A stretch of 64,000 nucleotides of DNA, taken from positions 1,320-65,319 of the forward strand of contig CAYIEN010000005.1 in the NCBI GenBank assembly GCA_964362535.1. Reading direction: 5' to 3'. The position numbers and the translations under genes were made by a program. The notes below the pieces were generated by a model. The model was not told where the DNA came from, did no database searches, and worked only from the letters and a program-made list of their open reading frames with translations. The DNA comes from an uncultured Methanosarcinales archaeon. Its GTDB lineage: Archaea; Nanobdellota; Nanobdellia; Woesearchaeales; ARS49. This document shows, one piece after another, positions 41,135-50,500 of the stretch (positions are counted from its first letter, which is position 1; each line of letters begins with the position of its first letter).

Positions 41135-41832
41135 TACTCACGCTCAACTCTGCAGTTGGTCTTGGCGGCGCAGTTATCACGCTCGCAGCAGCTGTCGCAG
41201 CCGTTTATTTCTTCGACAACAAGCGCAAGGATGAGCTCATTCCAGAAACAGCCACAATTACCGGCGAATCTGACGGCATTCTTGTGCAGGCATGCATGCT
41301 TGACGATGGAAAACGCATTATTGAGGAAGCCCAGCATGGTTTGAGTCACGATCAATGGCGAGAACTCGAAGCAGAATATTCAATTTGGCTTATCCAAACG
41401 TGCAAAGCGGCCATGCGACGCGCTGCAAAGAACCCGACGAACACGGCTTCGTTGAAAGAAACAGATTACATCAGTGCCTCGATTTTAATGGAGCAATTAG
41501 TCGCGTTCGCAAGTCAACAACTCGAACATCCAGTCAAATCAATGACGCCGTCAAACGTTCCCGCAAAACAAGGCCTTCCCATCAAACAAATGACGTTAAC
41601 CGAAAAGAATGTCTCAACAATCATTGACGAACTCAGACAAGGACAAAGAATGCTCATTATCAATATTGCTAACGTAGAGAATGAAGACACGCTCAAGAGA
41701 GCATTGAAACTCATAAAACGTACTTCAGAAGCTCAGGACGGTGCCGTTTTAGGTTTGGGCACGGACTGGCTTGTTGCGACTCATGCAATTCCAATAAACA
41801 CACAAGGAGGTGAAAAGCATGGGATTATTTAG
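41131..41832 (+). CDS. sepF: SepF-like protein with N-terminal transmembrane anchor
   Basis: C-terminal IIDELRQGQRMLIINIANVENEDTLKRALKLIKRTSEAQDGAVLGLGTDWLVATHAIPI aligns by eye with SepF cores (archaeal ...DGNLVIADI...TMEHIIDDLRQVAREVDGDIVQKGDDQIVITPTGISI). N-terminal TM helix. ATGA coupling. Confidence 0.55.
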   Translation: MILTLNSAVGLGGAVITLAAAVAAVYFFDNKRKDELIPETATITGESDGILVQACMLDDGKRIIEEAQHGLSHDQWRELEAEYSIWLIQTCKAAMRRAAKNPTNTASLKETDYISASILMEQLVAFASQQLEHPVKSMTPSNVPAKQGLPIKQMTLTEKNVSTIIDELRQGQRMLIINIANVENEDTLKRALKLIKRTSEAQDGAVLGLGTDWLVATHAIPINTQGGEKHGII

Positions 41833-42118
41833 TTGGTTAAACGGAGAAGCGCACGCGATTCGAGAGAAGATTATCGTGACGCAAAGAACGAGAATTTCTG
41901 CGCTCGAGCAGGAATGTGGTGAACTTAAGAAAGTTCACGACAAGAAGGACGACGAATTGAATCGTCTTCGAGACAGCCACGAGCGTGGCCGTGAGCGATT
42001 GATTGACCAGATTGTCAAGCTGAGCGATAAGTTCGCGGGCTTGAACGAGCGTTCAATGAATGTTGCGCACGAAAATGCTCGATTGAAGTTGATGTTGTCG
42101 CAGAGAAAAGGGAAGTAA
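41819..42118 (+). CDS. coiled-coil protein with MGLFSWL amphipathic N-terminus
   Basis: ATG 5 nt after a perfect GGAGGTGA, preferred over the track's upstream GTG. 99 aa, heptad-rich. Confidence 0.45.
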   Translation: MGLFSWLNGEAHAIREKIIVTQRTRISALEQECGELKKVHDKKDDELNRLRDSHERGRERLIDQIVKLSDKFAGLNERSMNVAHENARLKLMLSQRKGK

Positions 42119-42262
42119 TTCGATGAGTGTCGGTTGCTTCCCTCTTCCTGCTACGGCTCGGTGGAGGGCTGTTGCTTTGTCAAGGATAGTTGCGACACCG
42201 AGGAAGAAACTGACGAGAAAGAGACACGAAGACATAAATAGGGCTGTGAAGGGCGTTAAGGT

Positions 42263-43198
42263 ATGTTGAAGCCTATTGACAAGGAAGTCGAGTTCAAGGA
42301 CAAATTCGTTGAGCGTTACAAGACGTTGACGGATTGGGAAGTGTTCAAGAAGTATTCCTTGTCATACCTAAGAAAGTCAATTCGAGTAAATACGTTGAAG
42401 ATAGGAGTGAAAGAATTGACGGAAAGGTTGGCTGATAGATTTCTGCTGGACCCGATTCCGTGGTGTCCGGAAGGTTTCTGGATTGAGCACAAAGAAGGTA
42501 GACTAGATATCGGTAATACCATCGAACACTGTTTGGGTTACTATTATTGTCAGGAAGCGGCGTCAATGATTCCGCCGATGGTACTCGCACCGCAGCATGG
42601 AGAAGTTGTGTTGGACATGGCTGCTGCTCCTGGTTCAAAGACAACGCAGATTGCGCAGATGTTGTGGAACACAGGATTGCTCATTGCAAATGATATCACG
42701 AGCGACAGATTAGCCGCGTTAGGAATTAACCTCCAGCGTTGTGGCGTTACAAACACGCTCACCACGCAAATGCCAGGTCAGAGATTGCAGGGCGTTGAGT
42801 TTGACCGAATCTTGGTTGACGCTCCTTGCTCGGGCACAGGCACCATTAGAAAGTCATTGAAAACATTGTTGCTCTGGAACCCTGCGATGGTAACGAGACT
42901 CACCGTCACCCAATCAAAGATGCTGGACACCGCGTTCAGTCTGCTCAAGAGAGGTGGCACGATGGTGTACTCTACCTGTTCAAACGAGCCGGAAGAAGAC
43001 GAAGGAGTCGTTAGCGCATTTTTGGACCGTCACGAAAACGCAAAGCTTGTGCCAATTGATCTCCCGCTCAAAAGAACAACTCCGTTCACGGAATGGGAAG
43101 GCAAGAAATACCGTGAAGAAGTCAAGCACTGTCTCAGACTCTGGCCGCAGGACAACGATACGGAAGGATTTTTCGTAACGAAGATTACAAAGTGTTGA
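42263..43198 (+). CDS. NOL1/NOP2/Sun-family RNA cytosine-C5 methyltransferase
   Basis: DMAAAPGSKT, DAPCSGTG, YSTCS motifs. TATA-like box ends 23 nt upstream. Confidence 0.85.
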   Translation: MLKPIDKEVEFKDKFVERYKTLTDWEVFKKYSLSYLRKSIRVNTLKIGVKELTERLADRFLLDPIPWCPEGFWIEHKEGRLDIGNTIEHCLGYYYCQEAASMIPPMVLAPQHGEVVLDMAAAPGSKTTQIAQMLWNTGLLIANDITSDRLAALGINLQRCGVTNTLTTQMPGQRLQGVEFDRILVDAPCSGTGTIRKSLKTLLLWNPAMVTRLTVTQSKMLDTAFSLLKRGGTMVYSTCSNEPEEDEGVVSAFLDRHENAKLVPIDLPLKRTTPFTEWEGKKYREEVKHCLRLWPQDNDTEGFFVTKITKC

Positions 43199-43199
43199 A

Positions 43200-43721
43200 A
43201 TGACCAATCAAGAAACGCACAGCGGGGCACAGTCTCTGCCTTGGAAAATTAAGCAAACCAGAATGGGTTACCTGCATGATTATGTTGTTGCATTTTTTCT
43301 TGTGGTTGGAGCGGTTGCGTTATTCATAATTCAGTCTGCAGAATTCATCAATGTAATTATTTGGAGCCTATTGGTTCTCGCTCTCTTTCTCGTACTGGTA
43401 GTTGAACTGCACGTGAAAAGTTCAACGTTACTTGTTGATCATGATAAAGTCTTATTGGCTCATGGTATTTTGTCGCGGTCGGAAAGTTCTGCTGCGTTTC
43501 AGAATATCGCTGATTTTCACACGCACCAAACGGTTCATGAACGCATGTTCGGGTACGGCACATTGACGATCAACACGTCGGGCGGCAAACAACCGTTGGA
43601 GTTTCACAAGGTGAAGCATCCGCATAAGGTTTGCGATGCGTTATTAAAGTTGGCGCACACGCACACTATGAACGTTAAAGGAGGATCTCATGACGCATCT
43701 ACGCACAAAAATCATTCTTAG
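43200..43721 (+). CDS. membrane protein with bacterial-type PH (bPH_2 / YdbS-like) domain
   Basis: Two TMs followed by ...HTHQTVHERMFGYGTLTINTSGG...LEFHKVKHP. Confidence 0.55.
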   Translation: MTNQETHSGAQSLPWKIKQTRMGYLHDYVVAFFLVVGAVALFIIQSAEFINVIIWSLLVLALFLVLVVELHVKSSTLLVDHDKVLLAHGILSRSESSAAFQNIADFHTHQTVHERMFGYGTLTINTSGGKQPLEFHKVKHPHKVCDALLKLAHTHTMNVKGGSHDASTHKNHS

Positions 43722-43887
43722 ATATGTACTACTCGTAATTTTAATTCTCGCGCTATCAGCAATCGCTTGGTTGAGCGGCGAGGATTTCAAGCCTTTCGAA
43801 GCGATTAGCGCAATTGTGCTTGTCGGGCTCGTGCCCATCATTGCTATCGCTGTTGCGTTGATGAAACGAAATAAGAAAATAAACTAA
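43690..43887 (+). CDS. small two-TM membrane protein
   Basis: 65 aa. AAGGAGGA SD upstream. Confidence 0.45.
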   Translation: MTHLRTKIILRYVLLVILILALSAIAWLSGEDFKPFEAISAIVLVGLVPIIAIAVALMKRNKKIN

Positions 43888-44111
43888 GAATAACGTTGCT
43901 GTGCGCTTTCGGAGCGGAGCAAGACTGGTTCTTGGGAAGCGAGTTTTGGTGCGCGTATGCCGTAGAATGCTGCGTTGTAAAGGGGGGGATATTCAGGGGC
44001 AGTTTTTGCCGGAACTTGTGCAAGTTCGGCTTCTAATCCAGATGCTGATGGTCCGGCGGGTGGTGTCGGAAATATACAATTTTCTCCGGGGTATCGGTCG
44101 TAGTTTTTCAT
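43884..44111 (-). CDS. hypothetical protein
   Basis: 75 aa. AGGTGA SD upstream. Confidence 0.35.
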   Translation of the reverse strand: MKNYDRYPGENCIFPTPPAGPSASGLEAELAQVPAKTAPEYPPLYNAAFYGIRAPKLASQEPVLLRSESAQQRYS

Positions 44112-44272
44112 CTTCGCTCACCTTCACTTATTTAGTATACCTTTTACTACACTAACGCTTTATAAAGGCTGTGACAAATTTAGCCACAATAGGCTTAAAT
44201 AGGCGTATTTGTTTAGAACACGACATAAATAGGCACTAGTTTTGTGCTAAAACACACACAAACAGGCATCCC

Positions 44273-44914
44273 ATGACACTTAGCGTGAACCAAAACATTA
44301 CCAAGCTCCTGCATGGAGACATCGCGATTCAGAAAGACCTCTCGCGTAAACTCATCAACATGCGTGCGTTGGCGAAGTATCTCATAAAAAAACACGACAT
44401 TCGGGCGTCTCTTGACAGCGTGATTTCTGCCATTCGCCGATTCCAAATGGATGAAGTGTTTGAGGAGGAAGAAAAAGAGTTGTTGCACATTTTCAAGAAT
44501 GCCATGATTTCAACGAAGAATAATATTGCAGTCATTAACACACGTTTGTCCGAAGCTGAGTTTCACAAGCGGTTTTGCAAGAGCAACGGCCACCACCACA
44601 GTATTAAGATGGTGACTGGCAGCGACGGCATCAGAATAATTGCTGAACAGAAAGAATTGGAAAACTACAAAGGTCTTTTTACCAAGGATGAAATCATCAA
44701 CATCGAAACGGACTTGAGCGAAATCAGCGTGATGGTAAACGAGCAAGCCGCGCACACGAAAGGAGTCATTGCCAGACTTACATCAGAATTAGCCATGAGC
44801 AACATCAATCTGTACGAGCTTATTGTGGCCATGCCTGAATTCCTTGTGTATGTCAAACACAAAGACTTGGTCAAAGCGCACGATAGTTTGCTCAAGTTGA
44901 GTAAGGAAGCCTAA
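44273..44914 (+). CDS. putative regulator with C-terminal ACT-like domain
   Basis: 213 aa. N-terminal HTH-like LINMRALAKYL...SVISAIRR. C-terminal VMVNEQAAHTKGVIARLTSELAMSNINL ACT-like pattern. Confidence 0.4.
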   Translation: MTLSVNQNITKLLHGDIAIQKDLSRKLINMRALAKYLIKKHDIRASLDSVISAIRRFQMDEVFEEEEKELLHIFKNAMISTKNNIAVINTRLSEAEFHKRFCKSNGHHHSIKMVTGSDGIRIIAEQKELENYKGLFTKDEIINIETDLSEISVMVNEQAAHTKGVIARLTSELAMSNINLYELIVAMPEFLVYVKHKDLVKAHDSLLKLSKEA

Positions 44915-44964
44915 CCATTCTCCAATAGTGACGCTCTTTTTTATACGCATTCTTGTGTTATTGA

Positions 44965-45966
<1,002 letters not shown>

Positions 45967-46050
45967 TGCTCATCCATCAAAATAGAGCACAAATGGCTGA
46001 ACGACACCTTTAAATAGCATATTCACACAGATAAGTAAAAAAGAGGAAGC

Positions 46051-46359
46051 ATGGTTTTAAGCATCTACGACTACGTTTACGGCATTGCTCAGCTAGCAGC
46101 TGGCTTTCTCGCCATTATTGCAGGCTTTATAGCAATCACGTTATTCAAGGCAGCGCATGTGAAGAAGCAGCTTAGAGCGTGGAAATATCTTTTGCCTGCA
46201 TTAGTGCTCTTCGTTATCGTTGAAGTGTTGGGCGCGTTGAACGCGTTCGGAGTCAATATCGCGCCGTATTGGACGCATGTTTTAGTCAGCGTTATTTTAG
46301 TCCTCCTCATCGCAGCATTAACGAGCCAGATCCACTTAAACAAAGGGTGGGCTGAATGA
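46051..46359 (+). CDS. small membrane protein
   Basis: 102 aa, 3 TMs. Confidence 0.45.
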   Translation: MVLSIYDYVYGIAQLAAGFLAIIAGFIAITLFKAAHVKKQLRAWKYLLPALVLFVIVEVLGALNAFGVNIAPYWTHVLVSVILVLLIAALTSQIHLNKGWAE

Positions 46360-46649
46360 GCATTACCGAAGCACTAGCCATAGCAGCTCCGTTCTACAAC
46401 TTAGCAATGGTCATCATCGTTATTCTCCTGTTCTCAAAGTTGTTCAACCATCATCCGAAGAACGCATTCCTCAAGCCGTGGTATTTTATGTTCGCTGCGG
46501 TGATGGTGTTTATCTTGGAAGAAGTCATCACGATCTTAAGAGCGGCAGGCATCGTGAATATCACGCTCTACATCAATGGCTTTTTCGAACTCGTCATCAT
46601 CTCGCTGTTTATCTACACGTTGTTGCTTGTGAAAGAGCAAGTAAAGTAA
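46356..46649 (+). CDS. small membrane protein
   Basis: 97 aa, 3 TMs. 4-nt overlap with the previous gene. Confidence 0.45.
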   Translation: MSITEALAIAAPFYNLAMVIIVILLFSKLFNHHPKNAFLKPWYFMFAAVMVFILEEVITILRAAGIVNITLYINGFFELVIISLFIYTLLLVKEQVK

Positions 46650-46680
46650 ATTATTTTTCTAAGTTAAATAAAGAATATGC

Positions 46681-47502
46681 TCAGTGCGTTTCGATAAATT
46701 CTTCGATTGCGAGTAAGGCAGTTCCTTCTGTGTCATCACGAACGATAGTGTGGCTGGGTTTGTCTATCCACAGCAATTGTTTATCCGCGCTGCCTATTCG
46801 GTCGTAAAGTATCTGCGCGCTGGATGGATCGACAGTGGGATCTTGTGTGGACTGCACGAGTAACGCAGGAGCATCAATATCGCCCAAATCAGTCTGCACT
46901 GCGCCAATCATGCGCAACAATTGAACAATAGTTCGGGACGGCATAACCGAATAGTAGTGTCCTTGTTCTTCAACTAATACCGTTCGTTTGGTATACCGCC
47001 AGAAAGGAGCCAAAACGGGTACGTACTCTATGCGAGAATCTTGCAAGTTGACAGGAGCGCCGATTGTCACAACTCCTGAAACAGGATGTTGCTTCGCCAA
47101 TTCAAGCGCGAGCGACCCACCGGTAGATATTCCGACAATAAAGACGCGTGAATAATTTGAAGCAAGGCGGTTGTATCCTTGTTCAACGCTTTCGTACCAG
47201 TCTTGCCAGTTTGTTGCTTCTAAGTCGACGGGTCTTCGTCCGTGGCCTTCCAAAACAGGAGTGTAAACGGTAACATTGTGTTCGCTTAAGTAAACAGAAA
47301 GGCCGAATACTTCCCACGGTGTTGCTGATAATCCATGCACTACTAAAACAGCAGTCTCGGATGACGCTTCAAATAAATATTGTCCATTTCCTTCCGTTGG
47401 CAATGATTCATACATTGGGTCGGAGGAAATTGAGCCTGCGATGACGAGTGCAAGAATGACGGAAAGAATCAGGTACAAGATGTTTCGCGGGTGTTTTTTC
47501 AT
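46681..47502 (-). CDS. membrane-anchored alpha/beta-hydrolase (Est/monoacylglycerol-lipase-type esterase)
   Basis: N-terminal TM. VVHGLSATP, nucleophile elbow GISTGGS. ATGA overlap with the stop of the 3121-aa gene. Confidence 0.75.
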   Translation of the reverse strand: MKKHPRNILYLILSVILALVIAGSISSDPMYESLPTEGNGQYLFEASSETAVLVVHGLSATPWEVFGLSVYLSEHNVTVYTPVLEGHGRRPVDLEATNWQDWYESVEQGYNRLASNYSRVFIVGISTGGSLALELAKQHPVSGVVTIGAPVNLQDSRIEYVPVLAPFWRYTKRTVLVEEQGHYYSVMPSRTIVQLLRMIGAVQTDLGDIDAPALLVQSTQDPTVDPSSAQILYDRIGSADKQLLWIDKPSHTIVRDDTEGTALLAIEEFIETH

Positions 47503-50500
47503 CGTTTTTTCAAGTCTCTTTTGATGCGTGCTAATTCAAGGTTGATCTTGGTGACTTGTGTGCGTGATGCGTCCACTTGTTTGTGTGTTGTGACAGAACG
47601 GTTTTGGAGCAGGTTGGTGACTTTGTTCAGTATGGATGGTCGTTGGGTAGGGACGGGAGTTCGTGTTTGCGTGAGTTGTGCTTTGACGTTGATGCTTCCG
47701 TGGCGGAAGAATTCGATGAAGAACAATGCTGCGAATGAAACGCCAGACGCCAGCAACAGTCCGGTGAGTAAGTGTGAACTTATTTGTGTGGGGTCGAGTG
47801 CGTAAAGTGCGAGTCCGAACAACAATCCTGCTTCGAGTGCATACACTGCATGTGCGTGCAGGAATCTGCGTCGGAGCCAGAGTTCCAGTAATAATGCAAG
47901 AACAAGGCTTCCTGTTGCGGTGAGTATGAGTGCGAGGTGCGAAGTAAACCAGTTATTGTTCGTAAACAAGTCGCGAAGCACAACGAGGACGTTTGGTATT
48001 TCAAAGATGGATACTGCTTCTGCGCAGCTTTCGGTGGTGTCTGGTTTGAGTGTTGTTGTTCCGCAGCCCGCTACATCAAGGCAGTCGCGCGTGTGGCTGC
48101 CGTCAGTGCAAGAGTTCCAGTCGTCGCAAATCCAGCTTTCGACGCAGGTGATTGCGGGCACAACTGGCGGAACATATCCTCCGCCGCCACCGCCTCCACC
48201 GCTTGAAGAGCTGCTTGGGGTCGGGCTCGGGTCGGGAGTTGGGTCTGTAGTAATGTTTTGTACGGTTGTTTGTTCTGAGTCTGAAACATTGGTGCGGTAG
48301 CCGGTTTCATTGACAAAGCTCACGTTTGCGGTGTTGTTGATGACGGTGCCGTTGCTGATATTTAACGTCAAGACGCTGATGTTGACGACGTAAATTCCTC
48401 CGGAACTAATATTTCCGATGAGGAAGCTAGTATTGCTGCCTGCAATTGGACTCGGGCTTGCGCTGATGAATCGCACTTCTGAGGGGTATGTTTCATTTAA
48501 TGTCACGTTGTATGCAATTCCCGTTCCTGTGCTCGTTATGGAGATAGTGTAGTTGAGAAGAACACTGAAATTCACAGGGTCGGTAACGTCCGATTTCACA
48601 ACGCTGATGTTAGTGGTGTTGTATGCGAGCAAATTGATTGCGGTTGTCGTGATGGTGGTGTTTTGCGTGAAGAACGCGCCGGTTGCGTTGAAGAAACTGA
48701 CGTTTGCGGTGTTGTTGAACGTGGTTGCGTTGCTGACGTTCAATACGAGAACGGTAATGTTGACAACATATGTTTGTCCGGGGGTTAAGTTGTTGAGGAT
48801 GAACGTGTCGTTTGTTCCGGCGAAGGGAGATGGTGCAGAGTTGTTGAAACGGATGCTAGGCGAGTACGCGTCGGAAACGGTGACGTTAAAGAGGGTGTTG
48901 TTGCCGTTGTTGGTTAGATTAATCGTGTAATTGAGATACGTGCTGACGGTCACGGGATCGGGTGCGTCAGTCTTAGTAAACGTAAAATTGGTCAGGTTGA
49001 GCTCACCGGGGAGTGTTAAAACAGTGGTGTTCTGTATGGATGAGTATGTTACAAACGCACCGGTTTCGTTTTGGTAGGTGACGTTTGCCGTGTTGTTGAT
49101 GACGGTGTTGTTCGCAAAAGAATTGCTGACGTTAACGGTGATGTTGATGCGGTACAGCGTGCCTGAGGTCAAATTACCAATTAAGAAGCTGCGGTTGTCA
49201 GCGAGGGGAGATGGACTCGCTGTGCTGAACACGACGCCGGAAGGATATGTTTCGTTGACCGTAATATTATACGCGGTGCCGTTCGTGATGTTTAACAAAA
49301 TAGTATAGTTCAACTGAGTGCTGACATTCACCGGATCGATGTTGTCTGTTTTCAAAATGCTGAGGTTGGTGTAGTTGTACACGGGCTCATTCACGATGGT
49401 GGTGTTGATGGTGGTGTTGAGTGTTCTGAACGCGCCGGTGCTGTTGATGTAGCTGAGGTTTGCGAAGTTGTTGAAAACGGTGGCGTTTGCGGCTTCTTGG
49501 ACGAGGACGCTGATGTTCACGACATACACTTGTCCTTGGGTTAAATTGTTGATGATGAATGTATTATTTGTTCCTGTAACTGGTGTGGGTTGTGAGGTGT
49601 TGTATCGTACAAACGCAGAGTAGGTGTCTGAGAGTGTGAGGTTGTTGGCGCTGCCGTTGGTGAGGTTGATTGTGATGGTGTAGTTAAGCAATGAACCGAC
49701 TGCAACGGGGTCAGTCACATCAGTCTTGGTGAGTGTGATGGTCGTCGAGTTAAGCGGAGTATTGTCCAGCACGGTTGTTGTGGTGCTTGCGTTGTTGGTG
49801 AGGTAGGTTCCTGTTTCGTTGAAGTAGCTGACGTTGACGTTGTTCGTGATCAGGGTGTTGTTGCTCATGTTCAGCGTCAAGACGGTGATGTTGACGAGGT
49901 AGGATGTTCCTGCGCTGATGTTGCCGATTGAGAACGTTCCGTTCGTTCCAGCGACAGGGGAGGGTGACGAGCTGATGTATCTCACTTCCGCAGGATAGGT
50001 GTCATTGACGGTGATGTTGTACGCCATTCCTGTTCCGACGCTGGTGATGTTGATAGTGTAGTTGAGCAGTGAGCTCATGTTGACAGGGTCGGGTGTGTCG
50101 GTTTTTCGCACGCTGATGTTTGTGAAGTTGTACGAAAGGACTCCCAAACTGGATTGTTCTTCGCTGGAGAATGTTGTCCAGTGCGAGACGTTGAATTTGA
50201 ACGTACTGCCGTCATAGCTGGTGTTTGTGCAAACAGCAGCGCTGCAGTTGAGATAGGTTCCGTCATCTTCCGCATCAATGAGCGCGACTGCGTTTGTGAA
50301 CGTCAAACCAAATAAGGTCAAATTTGCCGAACTGTTGAATAGCGGGTTCTTCACTGTCAGGTTGTTCGTCGCTATTCTCGTTTCGTTCGTGAAGTTTGTT
50401 CCGGTAACAGTCATTGACCTATTATTAAACTCAATTTGTCCAACGCTAGTAGTTCGGATGGTGATTCCCGAAGAAGTCATAGTGTAGTTCTTGAACGGAC

